From Clostridia bacterium (lineage in GTDB: Bacteria > Bacillota > Clostridia > UBA1212 > DUPL01), in the NCBI GenBank assembly GCA_050951325.1, contig JBMNIW010000001.1:320001-384000 (forward strand): DNA of 64,000 nt, given 5' to 3'. Under the pieces are notes generated by a model. That model saw only the letters and a list, made by a program, of their open reading frames with translations, did not search any database and was not told the origin of the DNA. This document shows positions 40,441 through 49,147 of this stretch, piece by piece. Made by a program: the position numbers and the translations under genes. Each line of letters begins with the position of its first letter. Within the stretch, counting starts at the first letter, position 1.

Positions 40441-40917
40441 TTACAATTCTTTAATCATAATCAAGCAAGGATTTTCAGAATCCCACATTTCAGTTAATGT
40501 TATTAATTCTTCGAAACCAACTTTTTTATAAAACAGCCTTGTTCTTTCGTAGGGTTCATATTCCACAATATCGCTTAGCGTTTTTACAATTATGTACTTG
40601 CAATTATTGTTCTTTAGATACTCTTCTGCTTTAGCCAACAATAATCTTCCTATGCCTCTACCCTGATATTCAGGCAATACTCCAAAAACATAGATATCGC
40701 CCGTATGACCATAATGAATCTTTATAGAAATAAAACCAATGCATTTGTCTTCATGATCCAAGGCAGCCCAAAATGGCAGAGATGTCACACCATCTACAAA
40801 CTCAACAAGTGCTTTCTCATTTCCAAACCATTCTGGCAAATATCTCATGACCTCTTCTGCAAACTGCCCTTTCTTTTTTGAATCCTTCACTTCAACTATA
40901 CTTATATCCACTTCCAC
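40441..40917 (-). CDS. GNAT acetyltransferase
   Basis: LPEWFG, GVLPEYQGRGIG, FYKKVGF; paralog of 48560-49024. Confidence 0.9.
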   Translation of the reverse strand: MEVDISIVEVKDSKKKGQFAEEVMRYLPEWFGNEKALVEFVDGVTSLPFWAALDHEDKCIGFISIKIHYGHTGDIYVFGVLPEYQGRGIGRLLLAKAEEYLKNNNCKYIIVKTLSDIVEYEPYERTRLFYKKVGFEELITLTEMWDSENPCLIMIKEL

Positions 40918-40942
40918 ATTCCTCCCTGTTTTTAAATCATCA

Positions 40943-41293
40943 TTATGCAGGCTTAATAATCCCTTCTCCAGAAAGAGCTTCGAATGTATTTACTGCTCCA
41001 CCATACTCGACAATCTTCCCATCCATAAGCCTATCAATATCAACACCTGTCATTCGCAGCTTCTTTCCCGTGGGCTTCATGCCCAGCCATTCACCCAGAT
41101 GCGTACCCTCCATGACAAACTCCGAGATTACTGTATCGCCATCGATATATTGGCGGATAATTGTCATCTTCAAGTCCGGGTAAGTTTTCCTAACCTCAAT
41201 TAGATGTTGTTTCATTCCCTCTACGCCTGCCGGAAAAACGTCATTACCTATTCTAATAACATAGAAATGCTTGACTTTTTCCTTATAACCCAT
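40943..41293 (-). CDS. SnoaL-like ester cyclase, probably 5'-truncated
   Basis: YPDL, GTHLGEWLGMKPTGK, DGKIVE. Confidence 0.7.
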   Translation of the reverse strand: MGYKEKVKHFYVIRIGNDVFPAGVEGMKQHLIEVRKTYPDLKMTIIRQYIDGDTVISEFVMEGTHLGEWLGMKPTGKKLRMTGVDIDRLMDGKIVEYGGAVNTFEALSGEGIIKPA

Positions 41294-41349
41294 ATTCCTG
41301 TTCCTGCAATGATTTATTTGCTTACTAGATAATAGATTCTACCAGTATT

Positions 41350-41378
41350 AACCTGATTACTCAACATCGAAAAATCCG
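41350..41378 (+). repeat. Degenerate copy of the element-end motif (see 45380, 56607)
   Basis: AACCTGATTACTCAACATCGAAAAATCCG vs AACCTGACCACACAACCTCAAAAACTTCCG. Confidence 0.45.
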
Positions 41379-41685
41379 AGTACCAAATGAATGGTTCATT
41401 TTTGGTTTTCCAAACATTCATCAAGGATTAATCACACCCAAAAAGATAATCACGAACTTTCATGAATGATTATTGATTAACCTGATAGCCTAAAACGATT
41501 TTTAGAAACTTGTTAGATATGAAACAATGAACATAAGAGCATGAAAACAGCTGCGTAACTTCTTCTTTCCGTCGGATACCTCTGTGAGAATAGACAACTT
41601 GGATATAGTCCAGCAAATCCAGTAAAATCAAGCCTTATAGCCCGCCAACAGCTCTGTCTAAACATATTTTCAAACTATAAGGTTT

Positions 41686-42264
41686 TCAGTATCTGTCCCC
41701 ATATATCTTGCGAGCCTCAGATGTCCATCTGTAAATGAAGTCCGTTTTTGCATCTGTATAAGCATCTCTGTTATGCTCGTACTTCTTCCATAATCCAAGT
41801 TTTAAGTTCTCATATTCTTTAGCAATTTTGGGATGCTCATTCAAATAATCTCTGAAAAACAGTTCGTCATTGTCTCCTGTGTATCTTAGATGAATGTGAT
41901 AAACTTTATCAGCAAACCCATCCTTTGTATACCCTTTATTGAATGAAACCCTTTTATCATCTGCAGACATTCTAATAAATCCACTCTTTTCTATCACTTG
42001 AGCTACTTCCACAATGTCAGTGTAAGTAGGTATTTCAATCAGCACATCAACAATGTCCTTCGCCCATATACCCTGTATAGCAGTGCTTCCTATATGACTG
42101 ATTCTATCGATAGGATAGTCTACCAGCACCTTCTGCAGAAATTCCTCTATCTCTATATAATACCCGGACCACTTTTCATCATGTTCAACAAGAAATATTG
42201 GAAAAAGCTCCCACAGCTCTTCCAATGTCATCTCCGAAAGTTCCTTTTCCATAATTCTCCTCAA
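41686..42264 (-). CDS. GrpB family protein
   Basis: HIGSTA, AKDIVD, FRDYL, YTDAKT. Confidence 0.9.
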   Translation of the reverse strand: MRRIMEKELSEMTLEELWELFPIFLVEHDEKWSGYYIEIEEFLQKVLVDYPIDRISHIGSTAIQGIWAKDIVDVLIEIPTYTDIVEVAQVIEKSGFIRMSADDKRVSFNKGYTKDGFADKVYHIHLRYTGDNDELFFRDYLNEHPKIAKEYENLKLGLWKKYEHNRDAYTDAKTDFIYRWTSEARKIYGDRY

Positions 42265-42462
42265 AAAATCCTATTTGTTGGTCTTTATTCATAGCTCTCA
42301 CTCTCAGTAAAACGAGTCAAGTTTCTTTCACTTGATACAATATAACATAAGCTTTTTATCTTTATCAAGCGTATAGCTATAAAAATATATTGAATAGGTT
42401 CAGAAAGAACTCGGTCATTTAAAATTACAACCTAGTTTGCATTTTCTTAAATCAATAACATA

Positions 42463-42514
42463 TTGACACTTTTTAATTTGAAGCATATAATGTATCATAT
42501 CAAGTATTTTGGAT
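42463..42514 (+). promoter_or_regulatory. ars promoter and ArsR operator
   Basis: TTGACA-17-TATAAT followed by ATCAAGTATTTTGGAT; second copy ATCAAGTTTTTTGGAT at 42885-42900. Confidence 0.8.
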
Positions 42515-42527
42515 TTGAGGTGAGAAC

Positions 42528-42845
42528 ATAGTTACCACATATGATGATCAAGTAAAGGTATTCAAAGCCTTCAGCGATGAAAAGCGGCTGCGTATCCTTG
42601 AGTTACTTCGGAGCGGCGAAAAATGTGCCTGTGTTCTGATAGAGCAGCTTGATATGCCACAGTCTTCGTTGTCCTATCACATGAAAATTCTCTGTGAGTC
42701 TGGGATCGTGGACAGCAGACCTGAGGGAAAATGGATGTACTATAAAATAAGCGAAAAGGGTGGCGGAGAAGCTATGGCACTTTTGAGAGAGTTAATCACC
42801 CCAAATGCTATTGCTATGACTGAAGAAAGTAATTGTTGTCTGTAA
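42528..42845 (+). CDS. arsR: ArsR/SmtB repressor (ATA at start position)
   Basis: Frame extends upstream of ORF-track start: FKAFSDEKRLRILELL...EKCACVL...SLSYHMKIL; GAGGTG SD precedes ATA at 42528. Confidence 0.85.
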   Translation: MVTTYDDQVKVFKAFSDEKRLRILELLRSGEKCACVLIEQLDMPQSSLSYHMKILCESGIVDSRPEGKWMYYKISEKGGGEAMALLRELITPNAIAMTEESNCCL

Positions 42846-42933
42846 AGGCCATTTATTTAAAATGGCTTTTTTTAGATGCGATACATCAAGTTTTTTGGAT
42901 ATGATTGTCCTTTTTTAGAAAGAAGGTTAACTT

Positions 42934-43947
42934 ATGCAAATACTAAAAACAATCTGGGATATTTTCCAGACGCAAATTCTCGGTATGAAATGGCTCAATG
43001 ATTTAATTGGAAGCATGCTATCAGCTTTTGGGCTGGACACTACTAATCGCTGGGTAGGCAGCATTCACTTTTTCATTTATGATGTTATCAAAATTGTAGT
43101 GCTATTATGTGTCTTAATTTTTATTATCAGTTATATTCAAAGCTACTTTCCTCCGGAGCGCAGTAAAAAGATCTTAGGACGGTTCCACGGGATTGGGGCA
43201 AATTCCGTTGCTGCCTTGCTTGGGACTGTAACACCCTTTTGCTCCTGCTCGTCTATTCCATTGTTTATAGGTTTTACATCTGCAGGTTTACCTCTCGGAG
43301 TCACTTTTTCATTTTTGATTTCTTCACCGATGGTAGACCTGGGTTCTCTCGTTCTGCTAATGAGCATATTTGGAACAGAAGTCGCCCTATTATATGTTAT
43401 ATTTGGACTTATCATAGCTGTGGTCGGAGGCACCATCATCGATAAGATGCGCATGGAAAAGTATGTGGAAAGCTTTATTTTATCTGCTGGCAGTGTTGAT
43501 ATTGAATCTCCTGAGCTTACAAAAAAAGAACGGCTCATTTATGCAAAGGAGCAAATGCTATCAACATTTAAAAAGGTTTTCCCGTATATCTTAATTGGTG
43601 TCGGAATAGGCGCATTTATTCATAATTGGATACCCGATGAATGGGTGGTATCCCTGCTGGGAAGCAACAACCCCTTCGGCGTAATATTAGCGACAGTTAT
43701 TGGCGTACCGATGTACGCTGACATCTTTGGCACGATTCCGATTGCAGAAGCACTACTGGCCAAAGGGGCACAGTTGGGAACGGTGCTGGCGTTTATGATG
43801 GGAGTAACTACGTTGTCTCTACCATCTTTGATTATGCTTCGCAAGGCAATAAAGCCAAAACTGCTGGCACTGTTCATCGCCGTATGCACTGTAGGAATAA
43901 TTATTGTCGGGTATTTATTCAACGCTTTACAAACGCTGATAATTTAG
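42934..43947 (+). CDS. arsP: ArsP/DUF318 permease
   Basis: TPFCSCSSIP and GVPMY motifs; ars context. Confidence 0.85.
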   Translation: MQILKTIWDIFQTQILGMKWLNDLIGSMLSAFGLDTTNRWVGSIHFFIYDVIKIVVLLCVLIFIISYIQSYFPPERSKKILGRFHGIGANSVAALLGTVTPFCSCSSIPLFIGFTSAGLPLGVTFSFLISSPMVDLGSLVLLMSIFGTEVALLYVIFGLIIAVVGGTIIDKMRMEKYVESFILSAGSVDIESPELTKKERLIYAKEQMLSTFKKVFPYILIGVGIGAFIHNWIPDEWVVSLLGSNNPFGVILATVIGVPMYADIFGTIPIAEALLAKGAQLGTVLAFMMGVTTLSLPSLIMLRKAIKPKLLALFIAVCTVGIIIVGYLFNALQTLII

Positions 43948-43956
43948 GAGGGATAA

Positions 43957-44499
43957 ATGATGGCAAAAACATTAGGAAAATCCTGCTGCTCTTGCGGTTG
44001 TGGTGATGGTAAAAAAATGGTTCTTGTTGAATACCTTTACCTTGATCTTCAAACCTGTGAGCGGTGTATTGGGACAGACAGCGTTCTTGACGAAGTAATG
44101 CTGGTGCTTACTCCTGCCTTAAAACTTGCCGGTTTTACTGTCGAGTACAAGAAAATTGAAATGAAGACGGTTGATATGGCTATTAAGCATCAATTTGTTT
44201 CATCACCAACAATTCGAGTCAACGGTCAAGACATCTGCAAATCAGTTGTCGAAAACAACTGTGGCTGCTGTAGTAACATCAGCAACACAGATGTGGAATG
44301 CCGTGTTTTTGAGTATAGTGGAAAGACCTACGAAATTCCACCAAAGGAAATGCTCGCAGAAGGCATTCTTCAGCTTGTATTTAGTCAATACAATGCAGGG
44401 TATTCTCCAGATGAATATGAATTACCTGAAAATCTAAAAAATTTCTTCGACGGAAAGAAAACCAAATCCGGATGTCATTGCGAAGGAAACTGCTGCTGA
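43957..44499 (+). CDS. DUF2703 domain protein
   Basis: YLDLQTCERC, SSPTIRVNG, Cys-rich termini. Confidence 0.8.
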   Translation: MMAKTLGKSCCSCGCGDGKKMVLVEYLYLDLQTCERCIGTDSVLDEVMLVLTPALKLAGFTVEYKKIEMKTVDMAIKHQFVSSPTIRVNGQDICKSVVENNCGCCSNISNTDVECRVFEYSGKTYEIPPKEMLAEGILQLVFSQYNAGYSPDEYELPENLKNFFDGKKTKSGCHCEGNCC

Positions 44500-44545
44500 T
44501 AAATATGATAAGTTGGATTCTAATAATGATAAAGGAGATAAATTT

Positions 44546-44896
44546 ATGGCGTTGTTTGGAAAGAAAAATAAAAATGAAAAAAACACCTCCTGTTGCGGAG
44601 GTAGCTGTGATACTGAAAACATGGCAAAGGCTGAAAAAGCGAAAGCAGAGGGCGCAAGTGTTAAGGTGCTAGGAAGTGGCTGTGCGAAATGTAATCAACT
44701 TGAAGCTGCAACAAAAGCTGCGCTCGAACAACTGGGCATGGACGCAACAATCGATCATGTGACTGATTTCGCACAAATTGCTGCTTACGGTGTGATGACT
44801 ACTCCTGCTCTGGTTGTAGACGGAAAAGTTGTTTCATATGGCAAGGTTCTTAAGACTGATGAGGTTGTAAAGATACTGCATAAGGTCAGAGGATAA
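44546..44896 (+). CDS. Small redox-active disulfide (thioredoxin-like, MTH895 type)
   Basis: VLGSGCAKC, GVMTTPALVVDG. Confidence 0.88.
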   Translation: MALFGKKNKNEKNTSCCGGSCDTENMAKAEKAKAEGASVKVLGSGCAKCNQLEAATKAALEQLGMDATIDHVTDFAQIAAYGVMTTPALVVDGKVVSYGKVLKTDEVVKILHKVRG

Positions 44897-44900
44897 ATAT

Positions 44901-45323
44901 ATGGAAAAGAACAAAAACACAAGCATTAAGCCAAAGGTTGCATTTATTTGCGTCCATAATTCTTGTCGCAGTCAGATTGCCGAAGCACTCGGTAAACATT
45001 TAGCCTCTAATGTTTTTGAAAGCTACTCTGCAGGCACGGAAACAAAAAATTGCATCAACCCTGATGCAGTAAGGATTATGAAACAACTTTATGGAATTGA
45101 CATGGAAGAGACCCAGCATCCCAAGCTTTTAGAGGATATCCCCCCTGTGGATATTGTTATTACAATGGGATGCAATGTTGAATGTCCATTTCTGCCTTAC
45201 AGGCACCGAGAGGACTGGGGCTTGGATGATCCGACAGGAAAGAATGATAATGATTTTATTGAAGTTATTAAGAAAATTGAAACTAAGATCAAAGACTTAA
45301 AATCGACTTTGAGTCCTGTGTAA
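44901..45323 (+). CDS. arsC: Arsenate reductase, LMW-PTP fold
   Basis: CVHNSCRSQ, SAGT, TMGC...CP, WGLDDP. Confidence 0.9.
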   Translation: MEKNKNTSIKPKVAFICVHNSCRSQIAEALGKHLASNVFESYSAGTETKNCINPDAVRIMKQLYGIDMEETQHPKLLEDIPPVDIVITMGCNVECPFLPYRHREDWGLDDPTGKNDNDFIEVIKKIETKIKDLKSTLSPV

Positions 45324-45341
45324 AACTTATGATAATAGAGC

Positions 45342-45378
45342 AAGACCTCCTATGAAAACCTTAAGGAGGTCTTTTTTT
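45342..45378 (+). terminator. ars operon terminator
   Basis: AAGACCTCCT...AGGAGGTCTTTTTTT. Confidence 0.85.
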
Positions 45379-45379
45379 C

Positions 45380-45418
45380 ATCCAACCTGACCACACAACC
45401 TCAAAAACTTACGAAAAA
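45380..45418 (+). repeat. Element-end motif, near-identical to 56607-56645
   Basis: ATCCAACCTGACCACACAACCTCAAAAACTT identical over 31 nt; 38/39 overall. Confidence 0.9.
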
Positions 45419-45531
45419 TATCGTTTCAACTGTTCCATACTGTTTGTACTCACACGACAATATATGCCCACTCGTTTTTTACGCTTTGGAGGAAATGGAG
45501 GTATAAAGTGAATTGTTATATTATCGGCCAT
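45409..45531 (-). pseudogene. Serine recombinase 5' fragment
   Basis: GGAGG SD; MADNITIHFIPPFPPKRKKRVGIYCRVSTNSMEQLK then stop; YCRVST catalytic motif as in 58291-59217. Confidence 0.85.
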
Positions 45532-45904
45532 AATATGCCTCCATTTTTTGCAGCCCGGTGTAAAGTCTAATCAATAATATTTTTGCAAAATGAACAATGT
45601 AAATTTTACCCAGTTTTTATACCGTATTTATCTGCTTATTCTACCAAACTACTGGTTAATAATACTCAGCAGTCTTTTCCTTTCAGCCCATGATCATTCA
45701 ATGAGCAAGTATAATCGCATGACGTAGGCTATTGTCATTCCAGATAATATCCGTACTCCAAAACGCATTGATAATGGCATATAAGTACGGGGATAACCTT
45801 TTTTGCATATCTGAAAAAGGACGCTCACTGTTATAACCTTTAAAAAATGCTGGAAAAATCAATACATCACTTCTCCCGGTGTAGTTATCAGGATAATTCA
45901 TCAG

Positions 45905-46804
45905 TTATAATATGATACGATTCTCTCTGCACAATGTGCTGCAACTCTGCTGACCCGTATACCCAAAGTAGTGTTCACTGACTAAAGATAAAATCATTCC
46001 ACCATTTTTACCATAGCCCACACTGCCTAGGCTTGTTGCTCCTAGATATGCTAAGGATGCATAAATAAGACTCATTCCAACCACACAGATTAAGCCTGAT
46101 TTACTTGTCTCTATAGCTTTTCTTTTAGGATGGATTACGCCTAGCTTTTCTATGTTGGAAATTATGACTATAGCAAAAGCAAGGGAAGCTAAGGCATCCA
46201 TGGTATGATACCCATCTAACAAACCTATAAAAAAGGGTTTTTGATTGTAATCTCCTTGGGCTGGGAATTCACTTACTTGCCCCATAGGTTTTAAAAGAGT
46301 AGCAAGAATTAATATGGACAAAAGGGCTAAGAAAATTGGAGTAAGGTATTTACCTACCCAATCTATTATTCTACTTGGCCTAAGAGAGAAGTATAGGGTT
46401 ACTGCAAAGAAGATTAAGGAGAATATAAATAAACCAAGTTGAAGATATTCTTTTTTAATAAACGGATTTAAACCTACTTCAAAGGCTACACTTGCCGTTC
46501 GCGGAATTGCAAATAAAGGACCAATGGTTAGATACAAGGCACAAGTAAAGAATATGGAATATGCCCTATTAACAGGTTTCGCCATATCGTATAAACTTTC
46601 ACTTCTAGACAGAGCCGAGGCAATAACACCAAGCAAGGGTAACCCTACTCCAGTTATTAGAAATCCAATCGTTGCATGTAATGTGTTGCGTCCGGCCAAT
46701 TGGCCCATCTGAACAGGAAATATCAAATTACCTGCCCCAAAAAATAACCCAAATAACAATGATCCTATTAATACACTTGATTTTAAATTAAGTCTTTCTT
46801 TCAT
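45905..46804 (-). pseudogene. brnQ: Branched-chain amino acid carrier BrnQ, 3'-truncated
   Basis: LFFGAGNLIFP, IGPLFAIPRT, GYHTMDALASL; 299 aa versus about 440 typical, ends in unrelated sequence. Confidence 0.85.
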
Positions 46805-47128
46805 AATATGTCACCCCCTATATTAAATTCCTTTAGGACTAATGTTTAGTAATACATATTTTTAGCAATCTATATTATGTCTCAAACAACCCATATTAAA
46901 ACAGGCATGATAGAGGGTACCATATTAAAGTTTTTATATCAAAGATTTTTATATAATGATTAGGGTGTCAAAAGTATAAGACTTGACACGTTTGCACCTT
47001 GAAAATTTAACACAAATCCCCATTATCCATATGTGATGCGGTATAATATAAGCATACACACTACATATGAACAAAAATTTTTACTAAAAAACCTTTTGCG
47101 GATATAATTTTCCCTACAATTGATGAAA

Positions 47129-47285
47129 AGCTTGTTGGACAACTCTATCCTTTACAGTAGGTATACCGAGGAGTCTGACCCCTCCGTTGTCCTTTTCTAT
47201 TTCAGTTCTTAACCCAACACTGGTTCGCTTGCGCTTTGCTTCAATAGCCGCCATCACCATCGGATGGGCAACATGCCCCGCGAAC
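47129..47285 (-). mobile_element. Group II intron remnant (RT fragment plus possible class C 5' end)
   Basis: RTEIEKDNGGVRLLGIPTVKDRVVQQA RT/maturase motif; GTTCGC..GCATG starts directly after terminator 47286-47310. Confidence 0.65.
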
Positions 47286-47310
47286 AAAAAGCTCCCCACA
47301 ACGGGAGAGC
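47286..47310 (-). terminator. Intrinsic terminator
   Basis: Minus strand GCTCTCCC-GTTGT-GGGGAGC-TTTTT. Confidence 0.7.
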
Positions 47311-47316
47311 TAAACG

Positions 47317-47695
47317 TTAATTATTCCCATATCTTTCTTCTAAATATTTCACAGTGGTACGAATCAGTGATTCAAGGGCTACCAAGTTAATGTCAGACAG
47401 TTTCTTAACATAAATACAAGCCTTCCCCTTGGTAAACTTCCCTAGGTCATTTAACAAGTACTCATGCTAACCCTACTAAGAACCAATCGCCTTCCTGACT
47501 GCTCCTTTCGGATTTATAATGGTAACTGCCAAATCCTATCATCGTATCTCCCCACATCTTAGGAGGATTCCCAGTAATCCTTTCCATTATCTTTACAAGT
47601 TCATAACTATCCTGACGCTTTTGTTCCGTATTTGCATAAGAGTCTATAAATTCAAAAACATCTCCATCGTGCTGCTTTGTCTTTAGTTCTGCCAT
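47317..47695 (-). pseudogene. DUF1801 protein with internal deletion (copy 2)
   Basis: MAELKTKQHDGDVFEF...GDWFLVG jumps out of frame to HEYLLNDLGKFTKGKACIY; about 50 nt missing relative to copy 1. Confidence 0.8.
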
Positions 47696-47815
47696 AAAAA
47701 CACATCCCTTAATTTTTATTCCTGAGACCATATACCCAATTATACCACAAATACGTAGTACAAAATTAAAAAGGGGCCCTGCGTAATCGCCATAGCCCCA
47801 ATTTTACATACTCTA

Positions 47816-48178
47816 TTATACCTTTTCGATACCAAGGGCATCTTTCCAGTCCCCTTCTTTGAAGCCTACTAAAACAAAATTATCCCCCACAAGAATCGGA
47901 CGCTTTACAAGCATACCATCCGATGCCAGAAGGTTATATTGTTCTTCATCGCTCATAGTAGGGAGCTTGTCCTTCAGCTTTAGTTCCCTATATAGCATTC
48001 CACTAGTATTAAAGAACTTCTTAAGGGGCATACCACTTTTATTATGCCAATCCTTCAGTTCCTGTAATGTAGGATTATTTTCTTTAATATTCCTTTCCTC
48101 GAAAACTACGTCGTTTTCATTAAGCCACTTCCTAGCCTTCTGGCAGGTAGTGCATTTTGGGTAACACACAAATATCAT
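47816..48178 (-). CDS. ArsC/Spx/YffB-family protein (copy 2)
   Basis: CTTCQKA, FFNTSG, MLVKRPIL; highly similar to 13480-13833. Confidence 0.9.
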   Translation of the reverse strand: MIFVCYPKCTTCQKARKWLNENDVVFEERNIKENNPTLQELKDWHNKSGMPLKKFFNTSGMLYRELKLKDKLPTMSDEEQYNLLASDGMLVKRPILVGDNFVLVGFKEGDWKDALGIEKV

Positions 48179-48226
48179 AATCTTTCCTCCTTTAGTTTCC
48201 ATCTACCACATTCATAGCAATTCATT

Positions 48227-48517
48227 TTAATTTAAGATTATAAATAGCAAATTCATCATAATCCCTATACAGGATAAAATTCTCCAAAAGATATCAGGAT
48301 AGCCCTTATCTTTACGGATATTACCATTCCATGCCATAATCATAGCAATACAAACCACCAGAGAAAGGACGGCTGCAAGATATTTTGACATATAGTTACT
48401 TACACCACCTAAGTTCCACTGTACGGCTATTTGATCTGGCAGAACAATACACGCCAAGATTGAAGTAACGAATGTTATCGAAATTACAACTATCTGATAT
48501 ATCTTCTTATTTTTCAT
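48227..48517 (-). CDS. DUF1648 membrane protein
   Basis: LPDQIAVQWNLGG motif, three TM helices. Confidence 0.75.
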   Translation of the reverse strand: MKNKKIYQIVVISITFVTSILACIVLPDQIAVQWNLGGVSNYMSKYLAAVLSLVVCIAMIMAWNGNIRKDKGYPDIFWRILSCIGIMMNLLFIILN

Positions 48518-48559
48518 ATAAATTCTCTTCCCTTTCTTTTAAACAAGCGTTATGGTGCT

Positions 48560-49024
48560 TTAATCAATGTGTCGAATCATAATAAGGCATGGGTTATCCC
48601 TGCCCCATAATTCCGGTAAACATTCTAAGGGTCTAAAACCCACTGATGTATAAAACCTTCTAGTCTTAGCATAGTATTTGTCTGGATGAGATTCATCTAA
48701 GGTCTTTACCTGCAAAAATTCATATCCTTTTTCCTTAGCCCATTGTACAATTTTATTCATCAAAGATGTCCCAATCCCTTGATTATGACTATCCGGAATA
48801 ACACCCATAACGTAAACCTCAGCAGTATATGGAGTATTTTCTTTAATTGCAACAAACCCCAAAACCTTTGATTCATCGAGTGCTACAAAAAAGGGCATTT
48901 TGCTGCTTTCACGAATATAATTTTCTGTAGCTTCTTGTATTCCAAACCAATTAGGCAAGGATTCCAAAACACTCCTGGATATTTCTTTCTTTTCCTGTTC
49001 ATCCTTGATTTCTTTAATTACCAT
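48560..49024 (-). CDS. GNAT acetyltransferase
   Basis: LPNWFG, HNQGIG, FYTSVGF. Confidence 0.9.
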   Translation of the reverse strand: MVIKEIKDEQEKKEISRSVLESLPNWFGIQEATENYIRESSKMPFFVALDESKVLGFVAIKENTPYTAEVYVMGVIPDSHNQGIGTSLMNKIVQWAKEKGYEFLQVKTLDESHPDKYYAKTRRFYTSVGFRPLECLPELWGRDNPCLIMIRHID

Positions 49025-49147
49025 CTACTATCTCCTTATCTAATTTCAAGTACATCGTCCCCTATATTCTATCATAACATGACCAAAGAAATATATAAGA
49101 TTTAGTTAACTCCTTTTATCAGAAAGCTTAACTTTTCGTCGAAAGAC

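Noticed and set aside
41585-41640. IS-end-like sequence (GAATAGACAACTT...AAATCCAGTAAAATCAAG)
   Set aside because: No partner inverted repeat or transposase found; too short to assign
45698-45901. 67-aa ORF after truncated brnQ
   Set aside because: No SD or recognisable motif; probably a fragment at a deletion junction
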